Assembly (NCBI GenBank): GCA_002189035.1
Contig: NEEC01000027.1
Span: 248,001-312,000 of the forward strand
Length of the DNA: 64,000 nt
Direction: 5' to 3'
Source of the DNA: Utricularia gibba
Lineage: Eukaryota > Plantae > Magnoliophyta
The notes under the pieces are model-generated. The model was not told the origin of the DNA, made no database searches, and worked only from the letters and a program-made list of their open reading frames with translations. Made by a program: the position numbers and the translations under genes. Below, one piece after another: positions 11,413 to 23,400 of the stretch. The first letter of the stretch is position 1. Each line of letters begins with the position of its first letter.

Positions 11413-13769
11413 TTAGTAGCACTTGCTAAAGCAGGAGAAGAATCCATGGGGCTTGTCTTCCACCGGTGTTTTCAGTGTGTCCCCAGTATCGTTGTCATCC
11501 CTCTTTGCCATCAATGAGCTGGTGCCTGGAGATTCAGGCGGGAACACGGTGTTCTCACAAGTGAAAGTCGTTGGAGGTACAACAGGCTGAGGGTGAGAAA
11601 CTGTTGACTGATATTGCAGCAGCCTCTGTATTATCTGAGTGAAGTTGGGACGAGCTTGTGGGTCCTCCTTCCAACAAGAAGTCACGATGGAAGCCAAATC
11701 TTCTGGAAGATCATCTGCATTCGGCCTTACGTTCTGCATAAAGTTTTGGTGTAAGTATGGTCAAGAGTAACCCATCCGAAAAAAAGAGATGAGAATTAAA
11801 GCATCCCCTCACTTTGAAGGCTGCAGCATAGGCTGCTTGTAGGTTTGACATCCCCTCGAATGGCAGCTTATTATGTATGAGTTCCCACAGTACAATGGCG
11901 AAACTGTAAGCATCAACCTTGTGATTATAATGCTTCTTTTCTCCTTGTCTGAGAGTTACTGTGCTGTAGAGCTGGAAATGACTAGACATAAGCAAACAGT
12001 GTTTTCAATCCAAGTTCACAGGAAAGAAAAACAGCATGCTGAACGTTGAAACTAAAGCAGTTAAGGTGAACCAACCTCGGGTGCCATCCAGCGATATGTT
12101 CCGGTTTCGGCAGTCATCATCTCCGTCAATGACTCCTCCCTTGCCAAACCAAAATCTGCTAGCTTCACAGTTCTGTGGTCTGCTGTCAAGAGCAAGTTTT
12201 CTGTTGGAGGAAAACATAGTATCATAATCCCATTTTATTCAATGGCCGAAGAGCCATTACATAGCTCAATGGTAATTTGGGTGCATGCTGGTTGCTACAA
12301 AAAAACCAGGCATCTGCTGGTAACGTTTTCGGAAGCAACAGGATGCAACTTCTCTGTCAAACTCTACATGCTGCACACTAACACAGGTTCAAGAAGTGTG
12401 CAACTATTTCCTGTACGCTTTGTATCTCAAGAGACAGAAGAAATATAACATCATACACAAATATGAGATCTGAGTAGGGGTTGACAGGGAAGCACAAGGA
12501 CATGCAAAAATTAAACAATACACTGCATACTTCCACTGTCATGTGCTACAGTACATTAACTGCACAATCACTTTCATTGCATCACATGCTTCAGTACAAT
12601 CTAACTATCAAATGATAAAGGATAGCTAAATACCAGGTTTTAGGTCCCGGTGTATTATTCCATGAGAATGCAAACATTCCATAGCACGAGCAATGTCAAG
12701 AGCGAATCCAATGGCAATGTGCATCTCTAGACATCTTGGGCGAAGATTCAGCAGGTACTTACGCAGGGTCCCTCCTAGTAGAAGCTCTGTCACTATGACC
12801 ATGACAGGCTCCTTGCAAGCTCCAATAAACTGTAGATAGAATGAAATCCCAAAAGAAACTGAGATCATTACATTAGGAAATGAAAACACCCACAAAACCA
12901 AAGAAGAGCAACAGGAAGTTGCAAAATGGATTATGTAGAGCAACATCATCATGCTTTGCATGACTACATGAGTTTCTCGAATACAACGAGGAATCACTAA
13001 AAGGATCATCACCAGAATTCGGGTTCAATATGATCAAGAGAATGTACGCAGGTTGCAATCACACATTTACATAACCTGCGGTGATAATCTCGTTCAAAAT
13101 ATACATGAACTGTGGCCAAACTCGCATTTACACATCTTTTTATCAACAAATGGGAACCTTGACTAGATTCTTGTGTTGCACTCGAGAAAGCATTGCAACT
13201 TCTCTTCCAAATCTTGCCTCCCTCTTGGCTATATCTTCTGGCGCCTCACCTCTTTGAACAATTTTAACAGCCACATTCTGGTTTTTGTATCTGAAAAATG
13301 GTCATTAAAGAACAATTGAATGTCAGGACGAATCAAAGTTATGGACAAGATCTAAACATCTCAGACAAAATCTTTAAGAAACCTTAGCAACCCCAAGTCT
13401 GTAGATGGCAGACATTAAAATTTTGAGGAAATTAGAACAAAAACTGAATGGAGACTAAGTATTCTCGATTCCTTAGTATTTAAGGAAAAAAAAAAAAAGA
13501 CTTCTCCTTTGGATCCAATAAAAGGAAAAATATTTGATCACAGTTTTAAATCTATTGAACGTGTTATATGAGATGGAAATCATTTCAGTCAGAGCAATCA
13601 GGATTCGGATGGAAGAGCAAAATTGGTCAACTTACTTTCCCTCGTACACTTTAGCATGAGCTCCTTCTCCTATCTTTGGCCCTACAAAAAGAAGCTTTGG
13701 ATCGACCATCCATTTGGGATCTAGACTGAACTCTGTTTCTTCTTCAAAAAGATCATTCCTGGATCCCAT
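11413..13769 (-). CDS. Raf-like Ser/Thr/Tyr protein kinase (STY13/ATN1-like), 6 coding exons
   Basis: MGSRNDLF...[87 protein letters not shown]. Exons are in frame. Confidence 0.95.
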
Positions 13770-14567
13770 TTCTCTATGCCTCCCTCCCCCTCTCTATACA
13801 AAGATCGGCATCTATTTAGACAGCACAAGAATCAAACTCAACACGGTCTTACCACACATTTCAAGCAAATACCCACAACTCGAAACGAAGTATATATAAC
13901 ATACCTCTGAGCTGATACACACACAGAAAACTCAAACATTCACTTTCCAACACAGGTATCAGTAGTTCTTAAAAACCATCATTCTTCAGAAAAAATGAAA
14001 CAATGCTGCCCATCCGCGACAATGACAAAATGCAGTCGGTGAAGAAACCAAATCTAGAGGGGTTTGTTGACTAGCCTCAAGAAAAAGATCAACCACGAGA
14101 AAAAACAAGCGCGAGATTCAACTTTTTGTCTTCCCACCGCCTCTTCTTTCCTTCCCTTCCCTTTTCCCGTTCACACGCAGATGGGGTCTTCTCTCCTCCC
14201 TCGGCCTCGGGTGTCTTAAAAAGTTCTACTCAAATTGAAAATATTATTATGAGCAACAACGTCGTGGCGGGGAGACAGCGGAGGGTGAAATGGGAAATCT
14301 ACACTAAAACTGCTTTGAATCTTGTCTCTAACACTTTATTTATTTACGCTCATGTATCATCATAATTCAACCCGTTAATTCCACTCATAAAAAAATTATA
14401 AAAAATCCACGTGGATTTACGACAACATTCGATTAAACATTTTAATTACAAAAATTTCTCGTAAATATCTAAAAAATCTCCATGGATTGGTATAAATACC
14501 CGATGGTGAGCTTATCCAAAAAAGAAACTGCTTAAGCTGAGGCTGCATTTGCGTACATATCTGTGGG

Positions 14568-16535
14568 ATGGCGGTGGAGATGAAGATTTGCAGCGGCTCC
14601 CTTTCGCCGCTGTGTGCACGGCGGTCGATGAATCCGCGCCCTTGCTCTCTGGCTTTTCAGTCTTGCTCAGGAAGTTCTCATCGATTCGTTGCGCTCGCTG
14701 TAGTTAAGAGGAGCCCAAAACGGCTCAAGTACTCTGCTCCTCGTTTTACCAAGGTTTTAGATTGCCTTCCTTAACTATCATTCGTTTCTCTGATCGTTTG
14801 ATTGTGGACCTAAACTTTTCCCGCGGCAGGAAGGCGAGTTACTGTATGTTGAAGTGGATCCCATGGGATTCGACGCTTGGAAGTTGGATCCGGTGGTTGA
14901 GCTCTTGAAAAAAGGAGCGGTTGGAGTAATTCCGACTGACACGGTGTATGCCTCTGCATTCTCTTTTCTCTTGAACGTTGACGGGTTTATTTCTTGTGAT
15001 CATCGCCGGCGACGTCATTGAATACTCGCTGTTGGATTTTTGGTTGCTTTTGACGGAATTTAGAGCTCGATTATTTTATTCCTTGATTTAGGTATGCAAT
15101 GGTTTGTGATCTTAGGAACTACTCCGCCATTGATCGTCTTTGTAGGTGCGCAATCTTCTGTGGAGTATTTATGCTTTTTTCTTTCTGGTTTTATTTTGTT
15201 GAGGATGCTGCTTATTTTTTCCTATGGATGAACGTTGTATGTATGATTTTTTTTGCAGAATTAAAGATATCGAACCGTCTAAGGTACCTTTTCGCTCTTC
15301 GGAAATGCTACTTGCTTCATCCATAATTCACTGGCCTTCTTCATCTGTATGCACTATGTAATTCTTTCCTCCTGTTTTCAGCCGCTGAGTATACTATGCC
15401 ACTCCTTCAAGGACATTGACACATATACCACAGGGTTTCCTCGTGGGAATGATCATGGACTCACTAACATCTTTAGAGTTGTAAAACATTGCCTTCCTGG
15501 CCCGGTAATTTTTCTATGTTTATATCCTGAGAATCATATTATAACATTGAAAGCTATTCATCTCTTGTTGGCATATTTTTTGCACTTGCTCTCTTTCGAA
15601 TTCAATATTTGCCACTATTTAGAGGGTTGATATTGTGAAGTTGGTGTGTCAGTATACTTTTATTCTTTCTGCAAGCAAAGCGCTACCAAAGCGGTGTATA
15701 AGGTTTGGTACTACGACATCAAAGTTTGCATCTAGAAAGGATGTAGGAATTCGCATGCCAGATGATGTCGTATGTCAGAAACTGCTGGAAAAGATGGAAG
15801 CACCTCTAATATCAACAAGGTACACCACCCTTCCGAGGTTTACAGGTTCTACAGCCCTTTGTACTAAATATTATAAGAGATGAATGAAGTATATTCTTAC
15901 TGTCTTTGTTTGCATTCAGTGTCAAGTCACCCACAGAAAATGGATGGATATTGGATCCCGTCATAATAGCTGATGTATGGGGAAAGGAGGTAGCAATTCT
16001 TTTCAGTACTAAGCAAGCTGCTCTTTGCAGTTTGCATCCCTCTTTCCCGCAGTTCGTTCTGATTCTTGAGTTCTCCATTTTTATAGCATGCTCATGTGTA
16101 TACGCTTTAGGGAAGTGCTGGAAAATGTCTTCATAGCATGTGCCAGACGACGCTTATGTTTTTGTTAATAAGCACCTGTCTTTCCTGTCATGTTCTTTTT
16201 GTCTCATTTTTTTTTTTTTGGCTATGAAAAATCAGGGCCTTGATTTTGTTGTGGCCGCTGGAAAAAGAGTAGCAGATCCATCAACAGTCGTCGATATGAC
16301 TGGAGATTTGCCTCGCATTGTGCGGCTGGGAAAGGTAGACAGACACAAAGTACTAATTCACTACTCAAGGGAAGAATACCATCACGATTTTCCTCATAAT
16401 AGCTCATCGCATGTGCAAAATCCTGTTCCTCCCTTGAGCTCATCCGAGTGCATTTCCAGCATTTTATTTTGGTTTCATGCTCAGGGACCAAAGCAGCCAT
16501 GGATGATTGTAGAAGGCGAAGCAGGAGCAGCATAG
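14568..16535 (+). CDS. Plastid-targeted Sua5/YciO/YrdC-family protein (YciO-like), 9 exons
   Basis: Transit-peptide-like N-terminus; GAVGVIPTDTVYAMVCD, KPLSILC, LPGPYTFIL, RKDVGIRMPD, LISTSVK, PSTVVDMT. Exons are in frame. Confidence 0.9.
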
Positions 16536-17358
16536 CAAACTGATCGCCTGTCTTCTCTCTGCTGCTAACTTTTGTACATAGAAAGGACAGCAGCAGCAGA
16601 GCGAGATGATCACCTGTCAGCCTGATGCTTCGGTAGATATGTGCGTTCGGCTAATTTTAGAACTAAAGGGAACTACACTATTCAGCATGCATGCGGTAGA
16701 GATGGGCCTAGTCACACCACAGGTAGTCCATGGCATACATACATTGCAAGAATCCGATGGAAAGAAAAGGTTTGCTCTTATGCTCCACATTGCATGGAGG
16801 TGCTGTTTGGCAAGTTAATTTAATTAAAAGTATATTTCAATTATACGTGCTTAAAATCATGTGATTAAAATTGAAAGTGTGTTTCATATATAAATTTTAG
16901 AAATGCATGCTGAAAAATGTATCATGTTTAGTAGATGTTTTTAAAGTAGATAAAAAATAAAATCTCATTTTACCTAATAAAATTGAAGTAGGATAAACAA
17001 TTTTCAAGAGATTATTTAAATATTTTATACATGATATATGTTGGAAAATATATTTATGAAATAAACTAATTTGCTAAATGCAACAAAAAACTTTTGCTCT
17101 TCAAAGCAAGAATTTTCAATGTCAAAAATCAATTATTAAAGAAGTTTCGAGGGCGGGTCCACAGCCCTCATATTTGAATAACTCTCTTCTAGCAAAAATA
17201 CCACAAGGCTTCAAGTTAAGTTTAAATGGGAAATCTAGTGATTTTTTATAGGGCTAAAGGGTGGATGAAAGCAAACCAGACGCGACCATTCCACATCTTT
17301 ATTGCCCCCGTAGGATGAAAGGGCTAGAGGCTTGGGTTCATCGAAGAAATTGGAGCCC

Positions 17359-19230
17359 TTATGCTTTCGCGAGTTCTGCGCCCGCTGAGGCAGAAGCAGG
17401 GGCCGGGGTAACGCCACCAGTTGTGGGTCTGGAAACAAAAATCGGCAGTTAGTACTGGAAGAAGGTAGCGGTGATGGAAGAGGGATGGCAACTTACAGCC
17501 CCACAAAAACTTTGAATGCGTCATAGATACCCCACTGAGCACCAGTGAGGGTTCCGATCATGACGATGCGAAGAGGAAGACCGCGAGTGAATAAGCCCCA
17601 CAGGCCGAGTTTCTTAACAGCCTGTGTAGATGAACAAAAACAAAAAGGCAAAGGCAGAAGATGTAAGGGCAAGCTCACACGCAATCGCACTGGTCAATCA
17701 AACATGGCTGAAGGTAAAAACACTCACATCACCAACAGAAGCATCCTTGGCATTGTTGAGGAAAGACACGAGGTTATCAGCTGGGTGTGATACAATAGCA
17801 CAGAAAACACCAGCTATGTAGCCGCCAGCGAAACTGATACCGAGCTGCGTGGGCTTGCTGCATTCATTTTTAGGTATAGGCACGGCGTGCTTGTAGATGA
17901 GCTCCACAATGGTCTCGAACGAGGCAAATTTCATCATTGTATCTGCCACGAGAAATCAGCATATATAATGCATAATAATATAATAATAAATACACCAAGT
18001 AAATGACTAACTTACATGGGATTTGACGTCCCCAGAGAGGAACCAAACCCTTGTACAGCCTGCGCACCACATGAAATGTTGTGAACATCTAATGGATAGC
18101 ATGGGCATGGGGTGAACGAGGCAGAGAACGCATACCCAAGAGCTCCTTCAGACTTCACGAACTTGGGGAATCCATCAGATAATCCTCGGGCAAAGCCAGG
18201 TTGGGTCTGAACTCGGACCTTAACTGCCTCAAAGGGGCAAAGAGCAATATCTGCAATCACCTCAGCAGATGCGGAACCAGCAAGATAGATGAGGGTCTTG
18301 TACTTGGAAAAATTTTCAGGCCCAGCAAGGTCTCCGTAGTATTTCTTGAAGAATTCATAGAATCCAAACTTGCAGGCACCCTGGGCGCTGTATCCAAGCA
18401 GGGTCGGAACCCATCCTCTAAAAAAACCTTTGAATCCCTGCTCCTTGAGTAACACGCCAAAGCCAGAAGATATGCTCTTGTACTTTGCAGGATCAATCTG
18501 ATAAGGAAGAAAAGACACACGCATTTCACTATAGTGATAAACAACACCTTTCATGTCCGGGCATCTTATGCCGTTCGCTCATCTTAAAACCTAAAAATCT
18601 TGAAGTATTTCATTCAGGAAAAATTTATATGGATAATCATAAATCTACGTGACGCACAATCTGACTGGAAGAATGCAGAAATCACAGAGAATAAACAATG
18701 ACACACAATACACTAGAAACACACACACCGACGGTCGCAGCAAAAACCACATAAAACAGGAACAAAATTAACAAATCCGCCACTAATCCTTTCACACCGG
18801 CAGAAAATGAAAATCAAGGATTCATCAATCGGCAGAAAAATGAACGCAATAAACGAACAAATGACAGTATCCTAATTGAATAACGGCGTTCGCATTAAAC
18901 AGAATATAAGAGGGAAAAGTCGTAGATCTGGACCTGCATGTTGCACTTGACGAGATCCAGAGGAGTAACTGCCATATGAGTAAGACCGCAACTCAGAATT
19001 CCTCCAAAAGTACACGCCGCGTAAAACTCAGGAGAATACATCTCAATCTTCCCGCTCTCGGCGGGAGCCGGAATCATGAATTTTTGCCTAATTTCAGAAA
19101 CCGGTGACGCCTCCGTGAAGCTATGAGCGACGTTCCTATTCGCTTGATCCAGATTCCGAGGCCTGGAAACGAATGAAGTGGAGTAAAGGAAGCTAGGAAT
19201 CAGAGATTGGCGATCGGAAGGGAAAGCCAT
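17359..19230 (-). CDS. MPT3: Mitochondrial phosphate carrier (PHT3/MPT family), 6 exons
   Basis: [104 protein letters not shown]. Confidence 0.97.
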
Positions 19231-19787
19231 GACCGGAAGATTTTCGGAATCGGTCACGACGTCAGTATCCGAAACGATTGAAGCAGACGGCGCCCCGGCG
19301 AGAGGCGGCTACCGTAAGTCAGAATCTCTCTACTTGACAAACGCGACCAATGGAATGGGAAGAGAGTGAAAGGGGCACCCTGCGTTTTTTATAGGTGAAC
19401 AGTAAACGAGGAAGCTGCTAATTAATGGGTGGTTTATGACAAAATGATTGATATTATAAATATTAATTAATTCGCCAAAATGCGACGGTCGTGCATCTAG
19501 GTTTTGAACCGGGTGGCAAAAAAGTAATTACACACATCACAAATTCAATGGCGGCAGCCCCCCGGCATATTCCTTCACGCTTATGGAGAAAAGTAAATTA
19601 AATCCATCGTATTAAAAAAATTTAAAAATAAATATATGTATTTACACGGCGCGTGGATACATTACCGAAGGTTCCTGTCCGTACGATTCCTCCTGCTTTC
19701 CCTCCGGAAACCAACTTTCCCAACGACCGTTTCAGTTTATTTTCTTAGAATGAGATTTGGATCACTTTCCCTCATTCCACAACTTCC

Positions 19788-21779
19788 ATGGATTCCGATA
19801 AGGACGACGGCAGACCTACCGACGACAACCCCAACAACTTGGGCGCTCCGTCGGAGCAACGGCAGCAGCAGGACGTCGCTAGGGAACCGGAGGAAAAGGA
19901 GGGCGAGATCAAGGAAGATGAGGCGGAACAGGCGGTTGGAGGAGAAGCACCGCCTCTGCCGCCGCCCCTTGATCTCGAGAAAATCTCTCAAGAGTTCGAT
20001 GGATACGTGGCGACGATGACCAACTCGAAGGGCGATGAATCGGGGCCGCCGGATGTGCCGATTGCTGTCGAGCAATACGCCGTTCTTATTGAAGCCAAGA
20101 TCGGAGAGTATGATGCCGGCGAGAGTCACGTCAAATGGATCGATCTCAAGGGCGAGGATTCGTCGTCTTTTATTCAGGCGATCACGCGGCTTTCTTCTCT
20201 CGCAAATCTGCTGTCGAATTTCTCCTCTGAGTTCAAGTTCGCGTACACATTGAACCGGGTGGGAGCGGTTCTCGATCGGGCGATGACATATGCGGAGGAG
20301 GAGTTCAGAGCTCTTTGTGAAGATTTCAAGATCCCTGATCTGGATTCTGGCAACGAAACCGAAACCAATCAACAGTCACCTGAATCTGAACAGAACCCGC
20401 CGCCCGCAGAGTTGGAAGCGTCAGGCGAAGAGGTGAACGCCTTTCCAGGGTACTCAGACCAGATCCTATCGGAACTTATTCGATTATCAGCGGCGATGAT
20501 GACCGCAGGGTACGAAACTGATTGCACTGAGGCATATTTCATCGCGCGAAGAAATGCCCTGGAGCAGAGCCTGAAGAACATTGGATACGAGAAATGCAGC
20601 ATCGACGAAGTGCAGAAAATGCAGTGGGAATCCCTGGAGAGAGAGATCATCACCTGGATCAGAACTTTCAAGGCATTTGCCACCGTGCATTTCCCCATGG
20701 AGATGAAACTCGCCGGAAACGTGTTCTCCGGGCATCCATCTACGGCGGAGACCCTGTTTTACTCCTTGGCCAGCGGCATCATGATGCAGCTTCTTAATTT
20801 CTCCGAAGCCGTTGCAATGACGAAACGGGCGGCAGAAAAGCTGTTCAAGTTTCTGGATATCTACGAAGCTCTGAGAGATCTTCTTCTGACGACGGAAAGT
20901 TTATTCCCAGAAGAACGGAGAAACGAGCTTAAAACAGAGGCATCCATAATCAAAACCCGCATCGGGGAAGCCATGATACTCATCTTCCTGGAGCTTGAGA
21001 ACTCAATCAAGGCTGATTCGGGAAAAACTGCGGTGCCCGGAGGCGCAATCCACCCCTTAACACGCTACACGATGAATTACTTGAAATACACCTGCGAATA
21101 CAGAGCAACTCTGGACCAAGTCTTCAAGGAGCATCAGAAGATTGAAATGCCGGAGTCAGCATCTGGGTCCGAAGGGAATTCGTCTCCTCAGAGTCCATTC
21201 CACGATCAAATGATGAATGCCATGGACCTGCTAGACGCGAATCTGGAAGCAAAGTCAAAACTCTACAAAGACCCATCACTGAGCTCCATCTTCATGATGA
21301 ACAACGGGCGCTATATTCTACAGAAAGCAAGAGGGTCAAGCGAAATCAGCAGCCTGATGGGAGATTCGTGGATCAGGAAAAGATCCTCAGATCTGAGACA
21401 GTACCACAAGGGGTACCAGAGAGAAACATGGGGGAAATTGCTGAATTGCTTGAATCCCGAGGGGCTTACCTCGCACGGGAAAGTGGTGAAGCCAGTACTG
21501 AAGGAGAGATTCAAGAGCTTTAACACTATGTTCGATGAGATACACAAAGCGCAGAGTAGTTGGGTTGTGAACGACGAACAGCTTCAATCAGAGCTTAGGG
21601 TTTCGATTTCGAACATGGTGATTCCGGCGTACAGGTCCTTCTTGGGAAGGTACAGCCAGACTTTTACTCCAGGGAGACAGAGTGAGAAGTACGTGAAGTA
21701 CCAACCGGATGATATAGAAACATGTATCGATGAGCTCTTCGACGGCGGCGCGGCGGCGCAGGGGAAGAAGAAACCGTGA
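19788..21779 (+). CDS. EXO70C: Exocyst subunit EXO70, clade C, single exon, 663 aa
   Basis: Long uninterrupted ORF with SIDEVQKMQWESLEREI, VPGGAIHPLTRYTMNYL, IFMMNNGRYILQK, VVNDEQLQSELRVSI and YVKYQPDDIE. Confidence 0.95.
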   Translation: MDSDKDDGRPTDDNPNNLGAPSEQRQQQDVAREPEEKEGEIKEDEAEQAVGGEAPPLPPPLDLEKISQEFDGYVATMTNSKGDESGPPDVPIAVEQYAVLIEAKIGEYDAGESHVKWIDLKGEDSSSFIQAITRLSSLANLLSNFSSEFKFAYTLNRVGAVLDRAMTYAEEEFRALCEDFKIPDLDSGNETETNQQSPESEQNPPPAELEASGEEVNAFPGYSDQILSELIRLSAAMMTAGYETDCTEAYFIARRNALEQSLKNIGYEKCSIDEVQKMQWESLEREIITWIRTFKAFATVHFPMEMKLAGNVFSGHPSTAETLFYSLASGIMMQLLNFSEAVAMTKRAAEKLFKFLDIYEALRDLLLTTESLFPEERRNELKTEASIIKTRIGEAMILIFLELENSIKADSGKTAVPGGAIHPLTRYTMNYLKYTCEYRATLDQVFKEHQKIEMPESASGSEGNSSPQSPFHDQMMNAMDLLDANLEAKSKLYKDPSLSSIFMMNNGRYILQKARGSSEISSLMGDSWIRKRSSDLRQYHKGYQRETWGKLLNCLNPEGLTSHGKVVKPVLKERFKSFNTMFDEIHKAQSSWVVNDEQLQSELRVSISNMVIPAYRSFLGRYSQTFTPGRQSEKYVKYQPDDIETCIDELFDGGAAAQGKKKP

Positions 21780-22117
21780 AAGGAAAGAACATCACGGATC
21801 GTACGCGCGCGCTCCTTTGCTTGTTTTTCCCCATTTTTTGAATTATCATTTCTTTTATTAGATATTGGTTTCTACTTTCCATATTTGAATTAAAAATAAT
21901 ACTATAAAAATGCTAAAAAAGAAAATGATAGTTACAAAGTGGTTCATGATATATTATGTTGTTTTGAAAAAAAAACCCATTTAAAAAAGAAGTATAAATA
22001 GTACATAATTACGAGTAACCAACATTTCCACATCATCATTACATCTTGTTGAAATACGCGGAGGCATTATATTAATTCTGGTAATAGCTGTTCTCCCAGG
22101 TTCCAGATTACTCATAC

Positions 22118-22486
22118 TTGAATGACTGGATCAACCGAAACAGATGTTGTCTGACTGCCAAAGTGTCTTGTGATATTTGCCTGTTGGATAAGCTCATGGT
22201 TCGTGAATATTTACAAAAAATGCAATGTTTTCTGGCCCCCTGAAAAGACAATTTTCACGTACAACCCAGGGAAAGGTAAGAAAAAAATACAGTTTTCATT
22301 ATTCTCACTTGCAAACTCATGTAACGATATATGCATAAATCCGAAGATCCAGTGGACTGCTGTGTGATGAAGAGCTTCAAAATAGAATCAGTGTCCTCCC
22401 CAATTCTCTGAGGTCGAACGAGGACAGGCATTGGAGTTAAAGGCAACTGATTGTCTACCTGAATTCCTCCCATTCTAATGTTTAGT
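22118..22486 (-). pseudogene. VPS13: Two-exon fragment of a VPS13-family lipid-transfer protein gene (C-terminal region), frameshifted
   Basis: Exon 22486-22309 encodes LNIRMGGIQVDNQLPLTPMPVLVRPQRIGEDTDSILKLFITQQSTGSSDLCIYRYMSLQ. After a GT-AG intron, 22239-22118 encodes GPENIAFFVNIHEP / ELIQQANITRHFGSQTTSVSVDPVIQ with two frameshifts. No other exons are seen. Confidence 0.85.
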
Positions 22487-23400
22487 CTACAAAAGAAGAT
22501 CCAGAATTATATACCACAAAATATTTTCACTCCTCCGGGTTCACTACATAGTTTCTGCACAAAACAATGATCGGACTCGCAAAAGCATCATCGATGAACA
22601 CACCGAAAACCTCCATCGACACAGAGATCCGTTAGTTTGACCGAGTTGGTCGAAAGAATTAGCAAGTTCAAAAATAAAAGAAATATAAAATAACACAGAA
22701 TTATGGAAAATGTGTGCTAGCGAGAGCGTGGCGAGGCAACCGGAGAGGTGAGTGTGGTCCCCACAACGGCTCCTTACGTAGAATAGAAAGGACAGTACAG
22801 GCTCGGCTTTTAACGGCCGGATATGTCATTGCGCCAACAAGGCGCGTACTGGGTTTCGATATACAGTCCAATATGTTTGGGCCTCAAAATAAGATGGGCC
22901 TAGGCCTTCATAACGAAAATATTTATAAGACCCAAAAAAAAGAAAATAATAATAATAATTCATCAGGTTAAAAAGAGAATGTCCAAATTTTTCATGCAAT
23001 CCACAAGAAGGCTGAAACCGGATATGTTAAATAAAAATGTTAGAAAATAAATATGGTACATATGTAAGCATTTTATTATTGTGGCGGAATTTTGTATATT
23101 TGGAAATAAATTTAAGAAAAAAATACCTAATTTTAATTTGAAAAAAAAAACATCTATCACAAAATTACCAATTACCTCAACTTATGAATAAAAGTAAATT
23201 AGAACTGCAAGAGTACAAAGCGATTAAAAGGTGAAACGATGACGAGTACGGAGTTTGACAAGTCGGCGGAGGGAAATATATCTGCCTGGTTTTTACCGGT
23301 GCCTTGCAACATTATATTCTTCCGTTGGGGAAGTTTCTTGGTTGCGAATCTTCACCCAACAGTTGGATTGTGCTCCCGCTAGGGTTCTTGGATCATAGAA

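Noticed and set aside
19737-20372. 211-aa antisense ORF over EXO70C (and similar antisense ORFs over WD40, PPR and GT43)
   Set aside because: Shadow ORFs arising from GC-rich codon usage of the real gene on the opposite strand.
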